DNA of 63,823 nucleotides, counting the filler, from Choristocarpus tenellus KU-1152 (lineage: Eukaryota; Protista; Phaeophyceae): NCBI GenBank assembly GCA_964200185.2. It is 16 parts of 16 records of this genome, joined end to end, with 100 filler letters (N's around TTAATTAATTAA, not from the genome) between each part and the next. Parts side by side here need not be neighbours in the genome. Positions count along the whole stretch, not along the records: positions 1 to 4,336 come from CAXNAD020015050.1; positions 4,437 to 10,621 come from CAXNAD020008728.1; positions 10,722 to 14,085 come from CAXNAD020020521.1; 13 more parts are not named here. One strand, written 5' to 3'. This document shows, one piece after another, positions 1 through 11,900 of this stretch; within the stretch, counting starts at the first letter, position 1, and every line of letters starts with the position of its first letter. Below the pieces are notes generated by a model. That model did no database searches. It was given only the letters and a program-made list of their open reading frames with translations, and had not been told where the DNA came from. Position numbers and translations under genes: made by a program.

Positions 1-72
1 ACCCAAAAGTCGCGACATGAAAAAATTGCCTCCAAATGGACAGCCGCCACCCCCTCCCAGATACTTTGAGCC
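1..72 (+). mobile_element. MITE family B right part
   Basis: ...CCAAATGGACAGCCGCCACCCCCTCCCAGATACTTTGAGCC, matching about 1770-1838. Confidence 0.9.
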
Positions 73-366
73 ACATGTGTTACTAGTACTTGATACAAGC
101 TGCAAGTCTTCCCTTACCTTCTGTTTAAATAGTATGCTGTTTCATTGGTGCTTGGGGCAAATGAGTGTTAAAGATAGCACGCCAGCATGTTGTGTGCTCC
201 CAAACACAGCAGTATGAATGGAAATATCAAAAGAGAGAGGGAGGTAATATCACAACAGACCAACAGAGTACATCATATGGCATCCCATTTTGATGCAACA
301 AAGGACAAAGACGGATGAAACAGAATATAAAGCATCTTTGTCATCAAGACTACTGCACACAGGTAT

Positions 367-554
367 GAGCCAAAGCATCTTAGAGGGTAGAGTCGCGTCC
401 ATTTGGGGGCAATAATCCAATGTTTCAATTTTGATGTAATTTTGGCTATTGTATTTGTTAGGAAGTGTCAATATCCTTGTTCCGGAAATACCTTTTCATA
501 ACGTTACATTTTACAAACAGGGCAAAATTCGTACCCTCTAAGATACTTTCACTG
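367..554 (+). mobile_element. MITE family A, internally deleted copy (TSD GTAT)
   Basis: TIRs GAGCCAAAGCATCTTAGAGGGTA...TACCCTCTAAGATACTTTCACTG; about 70 bp shorter than full-length copies. Confidence 0.9.
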
Positions 555-1015
555 GTATCACATCCTGACGACCCCTCTCACCATGTGCCACTGCTTCCTA
601 TAGGTCGAGAGGCTAGTCCCGATGATCGCCAAGATCTACAAAGCAAAGTCACGGGTGAGGGATCAACATCCCTTGACTGACAAGTTCCCTCTTTTTGGTC
701 AATCTCTTGCACAACTGTACACCCATACATTGCATGTTTTATAGCCAATAAAAACCATAACACTTGAAATGTATTACCACGGGCACGGTTGAACACAACC
801 GCTGCAATAATAGTAGTGATTTGAAGGTAGTGCAGGCACAACTTGACATCCACTCCCCTGAAACCAGCATAAGAGTTCTCCATACGAGTTCTCCAGAAGG
901 ACTTACCACACCAAAATACTTTGTAGATACTTCACAGGATGTAAATAAATGCGCTTCATGTGTTCAAATGGAAGGCAACAACTACGTACTGCACTTTATT
1001 GTATGAGAAGGCCTT

Positions 1016-1274
1016 GAGCCAAAGTATCTTAGAGGGTACAGCCGCGTCCATTTGGGGGCCAAAGTCCAATGTTGCAATTTTGATGTAATTTTGGCTATTG
1101 TGTGTGTTCGGAAGTGTCAATATCGATGTTCTGGACATACCTTCTAATAACATACACATTTTACACATTCCGAAACATTTTGGAGTAGGAAAATGTCATT
1201 AAAAAACCCATGGGAAGCCAAGATACAAATGGACAAACAGGGCAAAAATCGTACCCTCTAAGATACTTTCACTC
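1016..1274 (+). mobile_element. MITE family A, full length 259 bp (TSD CTT)
   Basis: About 23-bp TIR GAGCCAAAGTATCTTAGAGGGTA; CTT on both sides. Confidence 0.95.
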
Positions 1275-1660
1275 CTTCATTGTGAACAAGAGAATGCCTT
1301 CGTTGAATAGTTTTGTTATTTTTTTCTGTTATTCCATGACAACGTATATAGGTGTCTTTTAAAAAATCCTTCAAAGTGTAATATATATGTGAGCATCACA
1401 CATGATAGACCAAGAGCTCTGTCAAGCGCGCTCTGAGAAAAATTATGAGAAAAAACAGTAGGGTACGTGGTGCTATGGACTAGTATTAGCAAGGATATCT
1501 ATAATTTGCTGTTTAGTCAGGCGTATGGAATGACTGTGTGAAATAGACCAACAACAGTATGGCGAATTTATTTTGAACTGTGATAGATAGAGCCTACACT
1601 GTCACACCAATTGGTTGACCCCCAAATTTAGTCAGCAACAATCTCCGACTTTTGTCAAAA

Positions 1661-1838
1661 GACCCAAAGTATCTGGGAGGGGGGGAGGGGTCTACACTAG
1701 GGTGTCCATTTGCCCCAAAAGCGGAAAAGTGCATTTACATTATCCATCCGACATATGCAACCAAATCACACAAAAATCGCGACATGAAAGATTGACCCCA
1801 AATGGACAGCCGCTTCCCCCCCCCAGCTACTTTGAGCC
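1661..1838 (+). mobile_element. MITE family B, full length ~180 bp (TSD AAA/AAAA)
   Basis: TIR GACCCAAAGTATCTGGG(G-run)...(C-run)CCCAGCTACTTTGAGCC. Confidence 0.92.
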
Positions 1839-4336
1839 AAAATTGGTAAACCCGTACAATTTTCTGCTTTGTTTTCATCCCTTGAAATAGTGCCGTGGAG
1901 CTGTAGGGGGTTGCCCATACTAATTTCTGGTATTGTAACCATACTATTAAAACCACCAGTATCACACACTGGGGTGAGCAAAGGGTCAGTAGAAAGCGTG
2001 CAAAGGGACAGTATTTGGGTACACAGGAAAAGGGAAGCCTCTGCCTAGTAAGCAGTCATCCCCGACCCCTTGTGCAAATTAACCTTCTCCAACTTGCTTT
2101 GCCTTAGAGAAGTGTACCATACAAAAGCTTGATGCTGCTTTATTATTAGTTCGATTTGTGTATGCTTGAATGAGAGGATGGTGTTGCAACTACCTCCATT
2201 GGACTATGGTAATAGAGTTTACATTCCTCCAGCTTTCATGTGTGTGCACCGTCCTTGGCTCCAAGGGGCTACATAATATCATACATCTTTTGCCACAAAT
2301 TGATCAACATGAACACCTTCCCACCCCTGCCTGAAAATTTATATGGGGATGGAAAATATACCCTTGGGGATGAACCATGATTGACCATTTGGCCCTACCT
2401 GAGTGGATGTAGGAGGATACCAGGCTGCTTGCCGTGGAGACCAAGGAGGGTCCTTATAAAGTGGGCCAGCACAGGAAGCACCACCGCCTGGATCGATTCA
2501 TACTCCAGTACCACATCCGTCAGTTCGGTACGAAGAATCTGGCAAGAAAAAAACTTCGTCAGTTTGTGGCCAGCATATGGTGAGTCTGCTGTAGTATTTT
2601 AGAGCTGTTGCTTGGAGCCTCTCAACACCCCCATCACCTACACAGTTGCTTCCACTCTCATACACACCTCTTCCCCCAAGGTCTCTTACTTCCTTATGTC
2701 CTCCCAACACATACTCAAGAGGCACCCTACTATACCCTTGATGTCGGCCTCTTACAATCTATTATTTCTACATCCATTGCAGTATCCTATGGCCCCACTC
2801 CAGCCATCACAATTGTATAAAACATGTACAAAATTCCACACACTCAACTTGTTACAAGATGTGACAAAGAAATTGATCAAATTTGCGGATGGCCTAAGGA
2901 GATGTCAGTCCTTGTGCTGCTCAGGATTCTTAAAATTTGTGGAGGTCCAGGCTCAACATCTGATCAATCTATCATAAACAGACCTTGTTCATGTCAAAAT
3001 TTCCAAACATCTGTTAAAATATCTAGTAGTGGAGGTTAAATGTTGACATTAACCCTCTTTCAATGCTATCCTTAATACCCTTGGTCACCAAGCTCCTGCC
3101 CTCCTCGTTCATGATGGCGTCGGATCTTTAAATGGTTTGCTGCTGAATGCCCGCAGCAAGGAAGGGACGACACACCCACGAATCTCACTATTTGCTAAGC
3201 TCTGTGGTGTGCCCATATGTGACGCAGACTGTGACGACAGTTTCCACCCATTCGCCACCACAGACTACTTCTTGCCCATCCTGCTGAAGCTGGTACGCGT
3301 GTTGCTTCCACAACTCTAGAACCTTAGCACCCTTCCCCTGGAAATGCATGTACAGTTGTTCCTGCAGGTGCCCAAAATGTCAAGGGAGCTAAGATAGTAC
3401 GTGGTAGTAGAGCTCTAGAGGCTGAACTGGATGAGAACAAAAGCCTGAAGTCATGCGTATTGTTCTATTGTTTTGTTAATAGGGGGAATGCTCCCTCTGT
3501 GTACTTTAAAACTCCCCGACCATTAACAGAATCGCCCATTCGGATACTTGGCAAGATAATGTGCATACTCTGAGTCCAGTAACTCCGCATATTTCTCGAT
3601 TGTCCCTTCATAGAGGCATTCCTAGCCGACATCTTGCATCAAGTCCATTACACTATCAATGAAGTGATTGCTTAACAACACATCTTTGATCAAGGTGCAT
3701 AGAGTTGATTTCTACCTCAAATGTGAACAAATACACTCCACTCCCCTGATTGACACCATCAAGAGCAACTTCACCCAGAACCATCCCCACTGGAATCGCC
3801 CTCCCTTTGGGCATTGTCCATACATATCCACTTACAAGCTGTTTGAAACACCTACCCATTGAACTCTCTGCACACATCAATTTAACCAGGTTCCACCTGG
3901 GGAGGACATCGATACCTTTCTAGGGAATGGTAGAGAGCAGGTAACCTTCTACGTTTTCACCGTGTGTGACTGTTTTGGTTTTAAATTTCTAATGGATACG
4001 ATCTCCCCACCTGAGGGCGCACTCTATTGTTCAGGTAACATAGTTTTATCTTCTTTTTTAAGGAAGGCAAGGCAAGGCACCTTAGAGTTAGGTGTGGAAT
4101 TAGGGTTGGGGTTAGATAACTGAGTACTGATGGTGATGTAGTGTGTATGGCACATTCAGTAATATATCATTTGGGTCTGTTGACGCTGAGAAGATCAAGT
4201 GTAGTTGAAAAGCATCAGCTGCTTTCATCGATACAGCAGCTAACACTTTGAGAGGTTAAGAATAAGCTCAAAATACCATGGGTCAGGGGGGGGGGACAAC
4301 TGCACTGATGAAGCAGCATCAAAAACTCCCTAATTG

Positions 4337-4436
4337 NNNNNNNNNNNNNNNNNNNNNNNNNNNNNNNNNNNNNNNNNNNNTTAATTAATTAANNNNNNNN
4401 NNNNNNNNNNNNNNNNNNNNNNNNNNNNNNNNNNNN
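4337..4436. other. Artificial contig spacer, first of 15 (others start at about 10622, 14086, 16816, 20488, 23151, 29112, 31883, 36543, 45696, 49001, 51777, 54857, 57510, 60156)
   Basis: Identical N-TTAATTAATTAA-N cassette with stops in all six frames. Confidence 0.98.
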
Positions 4437-5760
4437 TTAAACTTATTGCCAACAATGTCTGCTGCTGTTGCAATTTCTTTTGCCCACACTTCTAAGTCCT
4501 CCTCCACTGCTCGACATATCAAATCTACAATCCTTGGATGTTCCAGTAAAGTGGGTTTGTTGGCCCCATAGAATGTGCGTACCTTGTATCTTGCTTCTTT
4601 GAATTCCCTCACCACTTTTTCTGTTCTCCTCCCTCGTGGCATCCAGCCCTCCCCGTACTTGCATATCTCCCTCACTGCTGCCACAAAACAATCGAAATTA
4701 TCCGGTAGTTCATAGTCTCCCTTATTTGTCCTCCTCCCCAACTCTCCTTTAGGTATAAACTCCCTTAAGTTGAAGTTAGCCAAGTTCTCCAGTTGCTCCG
4801 CCACTGTCTCAGAAATGTCTGCTTTATCGCCGACTATTCGTTGAAGTTCGTTCCTTGTCGCCTTGGTGTCGCCTGCCTGAATGAACAAGGGAACATAACC
4901 GAGGACAACGAAATATTTTCTCACGTTTACCTTTTTCCATATTAGGATCAGTGATTTCTCCCTTCATTTTTTCAGCCATAGCCGACCACGTTCTTGGTTC
5001 TTCATCATTCCATGGTCTCTCCTCTCTTCTCCCGCCCCTGTTTCCTTCATAGCTGTGTGACCTGTTTGCCTGGTGTATCCCTCGCAGGATATCCATCATG
5101 CTGTCCATCCTTGCCGTCAGATTGGCTACATCTGTTAACAATGACTCGAGCTTATTGGAACCGCTCAGTTCTTCTTCTTTGACCTCTTCTCTTTTTCCTT
5201 CTCCCTCTCCCGACGTCTCGTTCACTCCCTCGATGCTTATCTCCAGATTTCTCCTCGCCCTCTCGATCTCTTCTTGCATCCTCTGCGCCGAAGATTCTCC
5301 TCTCTTCTCCTTATCTTTTGGATGCTGTTGTTCCCCCCATCCCTCGGCTGTCTTTCTTTCTCTCTCTCCCTTCTCTTCCTCTGTCACCCCTCTGAATCCC
5401 TCCCATGATGTCTTGAATGTTCCCATCTCTCCCTCTCCTCTCTGTGCCATGCTCCCTCACGTTATCTTGGTTTCTCTTTCTCTCTGTGTCTCTCTCCCCT
5501 GCCGTGTCTCCTTAGTCTCTGCCCCTCACTTAAAGAACTTGTTCGAAAGCGGATCCTAAGGGGGTCCTCTTTGTTCTAGTACCCCTCTCCTTGTTACCCC
5601 CCCTCCGGTTTCTTCTCCAATTCAATACTGACCAGCCCTTCATTCCTCGTGCCTCTGCCTGCCACTCAATTCTTTAACCTCCCAACTGTTCTTAACTCTT
5701 CGTACATTCTTTGTTGATTCTTCTCTTCTTTCTTGTCCCCTTCCTTGCCCCATGCCCCCC
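4437..5760 (-). mobile_element. Frameshifted gag/ORF1-like coiled-coil ORF of an unclassified retroelement
   Basis: ORFs 5450-4824 and 4924-4437 join via a 1-nt shift in an A-run (MEK|VNVRKYF). The N-terminus is E/K/R-rich, there are no introns, and the ORF is truncated by the contig end. Confidence 0.45.
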
Positions 5761-6163
5761 AACCAACCAGAATTCTTCCACCTACAAAACTCTGATTACT
5801 TCATAAACTTTCACTTTTATTCATGTGTAAAAGATGATTCTGTAGGAGAAACATTGAGTTGTTGAACTATTGTTAGATAACGGGATAATTGATAGAAATG
5901 TTTTTGTGGGGTGACTACGAAAATATTATCCGGGTTTTTATAGTACAACAGGAAGAATCCTAGAAAAGGATTGTTGTAGCAAGTAACATAGCAAGTAACA
6001 AAGATTGAGTGATGAGTTATTAGTGATCAGTAATGAGTGAAAGGTTTATCACCCCCTTTCTTGAACGATATATCTCACTCCAATTTTCTACCTCCTACAA
6101 CATAACTGAGAAGGAATTAATCTACATATTTCACTATCGTGACTTGGGATTCTACACATCCCT

Positions 6164-6900
6164 TCACAGTCTGTCGTCGTGCCCTTGCTCTGACACGTTG
6201 ATGTGACCCTTAGTTAGGAAATCTCTCTCCCATTTACTCACAGTTTCCGATCTGACCATTGCATATCCTGGTGCCATCTCAAGCGCCATTTGACAGTCTT
6301 TCCCATCGTTCTCACACAGATACAAGAGTCGCAGTGTTAGAGCCTTTACTATCACATTTCCTTGTTGAGCGCCGGAAATGGGTTACCTTCTTTCGGGCTT
6401 CAGAGCCCTTGTAGCCCAACCCTAACACCTTGTTTCTCGTTTCCTAAAGCCACTCTAGGTCGTATAGCTTCCAAACAGCTAGGGCCTGCTGCAACTGTCG
6501 AATACTAAGATATTCTACTCCCGAGTTTTCGCTCAGGCGTTTCCTAAGCACAATGGCACGCAGTTGCACTGCTCTCCTCCCCAACCTTCCCTTCGGTTGG
6601 TCACTCTGTTTCTCCCTTCGCCAGCCGTGACCAGGCCTTCCCACCGACTTCGTCACTGTACCACACCTGGTGATGGACTCGCTGCTCTCTTCCTGCTTTT
6701 CTGCGGCGGCAGAGACTGCAGAGCAGTGCTCCGACGTGGTTGAAGCTCCAACCATGTTTCTGTGGTAATGCTTTCCATACATCTTCTCTCAGCGTCAGTG
6801 TTGCGGCTGCATGGTCCATTGCGTGATTTGATGATGCTGCTGCGCCACAGTACACACACTTTCTCGTCGCCTACCATCACACCGAATGTCGCACAGTACT
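6164..6900 (-). pseudogene. Degenerate N-terminal part of an unclassified putative DNA transposase; paralogous to 16916-17290
   Basis: WERDFLTKGHINVSEQG matches DFLTKSHIKVSEQG at 16916; the region contains stops and frameshifts. Confidence 0.5.
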
Positions 6901-7091
6901 TGGTTTTTGGTTACCCCTCGACAGAGAAGGTGCCGAGGGTAGATGCAGGGGGCAGATTGGCCTCCGTGGCTCTCCTTCCTCACTATTGTGGTCCATATTG
7001 CTCTGTGGGTCATCTTTGTGTGTTACAGCATGCCCCTCAGAACTTACCTCCACAGGATATACTGTTACAGGCGAATAGCGCGAGTAATTCT

Positions 7092-7324
7092 GACCCAAAG
7101 TATCTGGGGGGGGGGGAGGGGGTCTACACCAGAGTGTCCATTTGGACCAAAACCAGGAAAAGTGCACTTTCATTTTATCCATCCAACGTAAGGAATCAAA
7201 TCACCCAAAAATCGAGACATGAAAAAATTGACCCCAAATGGACAGCCGCCACCCTCTCCCAGATACTTTGAGCCAAAAAGGGTGAAAACGGACGCCGACA
7301 CCCCTCCCCCAGATACTTTAACCC
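7092..7324 (+). mobile_element. MITE family B (7092-7274) plus an extra right end of a B-variant (to 7324); no TSD
   Basis: A full B body is followed by GAAAACGGACGCCGACACCCCTCCCCCAGATACTTTAACCC. The same variant end occurs at 49101 and 57610. Confidence 0.88.
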
Positions 7325-7339
7325 AACAATAGATTCGAA

Positions 7340-10300
7340 CATTGAAAATCATAGTAACTGAAAAAAATGTGAGACAGCAGAAGTTAAAATGAAGCTGCCC
7401 ACATTAGAGCACATAGTATTATACATTGGTTGTATAGGCTGAAGTTAGAAAATATAAATACTGCACTCACTACTTTTTTATCTTTATATATTTTTCTCTT
7501 TTCTATTTTGTAACAACGCTCTGTGATCTCGAATCCTTACGTTTTTCTATTATTTATTTTTAGTTCTCATCCCATCATCCCCTGATTTTTAATTTTAATT
7601 TTCTTTTCATTGTGGTTACCTTCCTTATTCGCTGACTTTTTATTTTCTTTTTTTCTTCCCTTTTACTTTTTATGTTTTTATTTTTATTTTATTTACTGTT
7701 CAGTTTCCACTTTGTTACCCTCATCATCCACACATTTTTTTCTATTTATTGCTTATTTTATCTTTATTTATTATTAGTACTGTTTGTTGCTCTCATTGAC
7801 CCTTCTTTACTTATCTTATTTTTTTTCATTGCCTGTTTTGCACACTAGCAGCCTTGAGTATGCTTTGTGCATGGGGGGCATAGGACAGGCAATAATCATA
7901 TACTGTGTAGGTCATGAACAATGTAAATCTCATCCTCCTTGATAGCACTTACATTTATATAACCGAGAAGATTGGAACAGAAGACACACGAATTGTATGC
8001 CTAATCATAGCTATATTTTTTGTAACTTTTGAAGGTCCAGTTCAAAAGAAAGAAACAAGGTATACTCGGACTAGGCCAGGAGCAATCTGACTCTAATGTT
8101 ATTCTCTGACCTTGGAAAATTTTCCCAGGGTAGACAAGGATATTTGCCGACCTGTTTTGAGGCTAGTTGGAGTTATATACATTTTTATAATAAAAGTATA
8201 TACTCTTATCTGGTCAGACATATATTGATCTTGACTGTGCCTTACGACTTTTGAGGATCCGTTCTCAAAGGAAACCAGAGGATTGTTGATCATTGTTGGA
8301 ATCCATAGGTTAATTTGGAACTGGAGTCCCTATGTTGGAAACAACTGACAGAGTCGGAACTGAAGCCCTTATGTTACCAAATGGCAATTATGCATGCCAC
8401 CGCAGCATGATCTAAGGTGATATATATTTATTATCCAGATAACGATTATTGCTTGTAGAAGCATGGAACAGGTAGTCCCTGCATGGAACATAGAATAGCA
8501 AACGTTGGCACCATGAAGCGACTTAAATCAGAACAGATAGCAATTTATGTATATAATGTTTTGCTTTTATAGAATATATCTATCACCCCACACTGTCCCC
8601 TTGCTCTCTCTGTGCGTTGGCAGATTCAGAACAAGAGTGTACTTCCCCCTCACATAATGAACCGAGTCTAGGTGTAGCACAAATGTTACTTCAGAGAACA
8701 GTTGATGCCGCACTCTCAGGAATACTGTCAGCTCTGCAAGATTGCCACATGGAACCTGATAATCGAGACTTAGGCGTTATAGGTTGGTTACCACTCAGTA
8801 GTTACCAGTATCAATGTATGCCAGTGTATGAACCCCCTTCCTCTGGTTAGATGGCCCCAGATAAAACACCTAGGGTAGACCCAACGCACACCCCACAGCA
8901 ACTCCTTCCCCCGCTTAACGCCTCTGACACTTTTGGTTGGCAACCTTTAGACTCTACCCTCGAAGACAGGGTAGAAATAAAAGGAAAATCAGGAGAAGAG
9001 AAGCCACTACAGTTAGATGTCTTCCTTGCCCTATGGGACCTTTATAATCCAGACACGAGCCCACGCCCTACTGACACCTCCCGCCAAGGAAAATCCTTTT
9101 CTAGAGAGGATGCATTACGCCTTTTCCCGACAGGTACTAAGAAGTCATGGAAAGACGAGAAGGGAAAGGATAAGTGGTACATAGGTACAGTTTTTGACTT
9201 CAAGTCACCCTACTGGAGAGTACGGTTTAATGATGGGATTGGAAAGGAATGAACAAAAGTGAAATGATTCGTTTCTCCCGAAAATAATCCAACAGGTAAC
9301 CACTACGCATCCAGAAGGCAAGGTACGTGAGGACTAACCGATTTATAGACTGACGTTGATGTTATGACCTGTTCTACGCACTAGCAGCCGTCAGTATGCT
9401 TCGTGCTGGGGGGCATGAGACAGGCAATAATTGGATGATACTTGGTACTCTAGGAAAGCTGTACCTTAGAGAGAATTAATATATCCTCAGAATTAGGCTA
9501 GACGCAAACAGATTTCCCCAAGTAGGATAAGGATACATGTTTAGGCCTGGTAGAAGTTTGGTATATTTTTCTGCTCTTCCTTCTCCCTGCTACAGGATGA
9601 TTTGAGGCGATTAATTATGTCTATTGTCTTCACCAGTAACAATCACTTGTAGTAAACGTTGTTATATAGGATAAAGTCTTCTTTTGTGTATTATTTTTAT
9701 TTAGGGATTTCCTTATTTTCTCCATTTTGTTATCCTGAAGTCCCAGCCCAAAAGAACAGACATATTTAGATTAGGCAGACACAATTTGAATTAAAGTGCA
9801 TCCTATGACCTTGTGGATGGACTCTTTTTAAAAGGATTGTAGAGATGAATCACATTTGTGATTAAGGTGATCGGGTCCCATTCATTTTAGGCCATGTCAG
9901 AGATGTATACTTTGCAATTTTTGAAGTTGTTTTAGAAAGAGCAAGTACATACTCAGACTAGCCGAGATGCAAATTATATTCTGTGCCTCTTAGGATAAAT
10001 TATCCCAAGAGAAACATGGATATGTGTTGATCGATTCCGGACCTAGTTGAAGTTATATATTTATAACAAAAATATATACTCTGATTAGCTCAGACATTTA
10101 TTGATTTTGACTGTGTCTTAAGACTTCTGAGAAATATTGTCAAGAAGAAACTGGGAGATATGTCAAATCATTGATTGGAACTATCTGGAATTTGGAACCG
10201 AGGTCCCTGGGTTGGAAACAGCTGACCAGTTGGAACTGGAGCCCCCCTTTTGTGTGATGGCAACTAACTCATGCTGCTACAGCGCGATCTGAGGCGACAG

Positions 10301-10352
10301 GTAATATCTATTGTCTTAACCGGTGACAATCGCCTATAGTAAGCGTGAAACA
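7340..10352 (+). mobile_element. Degenerate LTR-retrotransposon cluster: 3' region + PPT + LTR-like (~7881-8505), internal remnant with Tudor-like C-terminus, PPT + second LTR-like (~9419-10352)
   Basis: CACTAGCAGCC...TGGGGGGCA-T.[AG]GACAGGCAATAAT occurs at ~7843-7896 and ~9379-9432. 8060-8470 is collinear with 9950-10352 but clearly diverged. A candidate PBS TGGCACCATGAAGCG lies at 8506. 7343-7725 is homologous to 56930-57325. Confidence 0.65.
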
Positions 10353-10379
10353 TGTATACCTAGTTCACGATGGGGGGCA

Positions 10380-10621
10380 TGTTACAGGCGAATAGCTCGA
10401 ATATTTCTTCCCTCGCTTTAACCAGCGCAAGCAGTATACACGCGTGGGGAACCCCAAAAGGGGGAACTCCGATTTGCCAAAACGTCGCAGAATAAAGTCT
10501 GTAACTCGGGTAGTTGCAAAGGATCCCAGATGGAAAGGTCGCAAATATTTTCAAATATATTCCAATATTTGTAAACCAAAGAAGCCCCAACGGTAAATGA
10601 TGATAAGAGAAAATAAAAACG
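10380..10621 (+). mobile_element. LTR 5' part (TGTTACAGGCG...) preceded by PPT GATGGGGGGCA; copies at ~34190-34338 (-) and 7063-7091
   Basis: TG start follows a G-tract. The shared TATACACGCGTGGGGAACC...GGAACTCCGATTTGC block is present in the 10380 and 34338 copies. Confidence 0.7.
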
Positions 10622-10874
10622 NNNNNNNNNNNNNNNNNNNNNNNNNNNNNNNNNNNNNNNNNNNNTTAATTAATTAANNNNNNNNNNNNNNNNNNNNNNN
10701 NNNNNNNNNNNNNNNNNNNNNTCTATATTGCACCTTCGGCATCATCACTCGAGCAAGACAGACAGATACCTGCGCTATCCTTTGTAGCATAATCAGGGGG
10801 GAGGGGGGGTTGTTCTATATAAAAAACAGATGAGATAAGATGTAATGGAGGTAATGCACAGTGCAGTACCCTAC

Positions 10875-10975
10875 CTGAGGAAGTTCTGTGAATCGGCCTT
10901 GACAAAAGATGCCATTGGGAAGGCGGGTGCAACAGACGTCAGCGACCCTTCCAGCTCAGAACTGAAAAAGTCCCC
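10875..10975 (-). CDS. Probable internal exon of an unidentified host gene
   Basis: Polypyrimidine tract + CAG acceptor and GTAG donor flank one open frame, GDFFSSELEGSLTSVAPAFPMASFVKADSQNFL. The contig (10722-14085) is otherwise intron-like. Confidence 0.45.
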
Positions 10976-11829
10976 CTGCATAGAGAAGAAAAAAAAAGAG
11001 AAGTGCACACATTTTCATATTTACACTCAAATTATTATTTTTTAAATATGCGATGAACCGTAGAATTGCAGCAATTCTGGAACAACAAACAACAACAGAA
11101 CGAAAATTGTCAACCAAAAGAAACAAAAAAAACTAGCAAGACCAAAACGCTACCAACGAATTGAAAACCCAAGAGTACACACAGTAAATGGGAACAAAAA
11201 AAAAAGTAATGAAACAAGCATTAGCCGATCACAACCTCCCCACCAATATAACCTACACACACATGTGCGTAGTTCCCCATTTTAACCATTAAAAAAAAAA
11301 CGAAGCTGAGCTATCCACAAGGCCCTGCCTCTGTACTACTATTGAACTGCATCGCTCACAGCACCAGCAGAGCATAAAACCACCATCCCCAACAGCAGTA
11401 CTTGCCACAAGTATGGTGTACACATACACGATTGATGACCTGAGAAGGAACGACTGATATTTCAGCAGGGAACGAGACCTGAGAAACTGGCCAATGTCGC
11501 CCTAAGAATGAGCCCTAATGCAGCGGAGGCTACGTATGAGCTACGAGGCGCCCTCGTAGCTCCATAGGGGGCTACAGGCACTTGCATAAGGAAGAACCGG
11601 ATTGATTTCAAGCCCGGTCACCGCCAGGTTCCCTCTTGATTCTGACGGTGAATTGAGAGGGGAAAAAGCGCACAACAGAAAGTGCAAGCTTGTACCACCA
11701 CCCTCCTGTCTGTCTCACACTAGGCCACAACAACAACAACAACAATGAAACAAAAAAAGAATGCGAAAGCTTGTTGAGGCAGGCAGCAAGGCTTCATCAC
11801 CCCCAGGCAAGCACTGTATAAGAGTTGAA

Positions 11830-11900
11830 GGAGGAGGAGGGGGAGGAGGAGGAGGAGGAGGAGGAGGAGGAGGAGGAGGAGGAGGAAGGGGAGGAGGAGA
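11830..11900. repeat. (GAG)n microsatellite. Others: (CT)n ~46547-46600, (TAG)n(TAA)n 47678-47733, (TTA)n ~48488-48513, (CA)n ~58873-58905
   Basis: Directly visible in the sequence. Confidence 0.95.

Noticed and set aside
4381-4392. Recurrent palindrome TTAATTAATTAA at regular N-flanked positions
   Set aside because: It is an assembly spacer with stops in six frames. It is not biological, and neighbourhoods across it cannot be interpreted as gene clusters.
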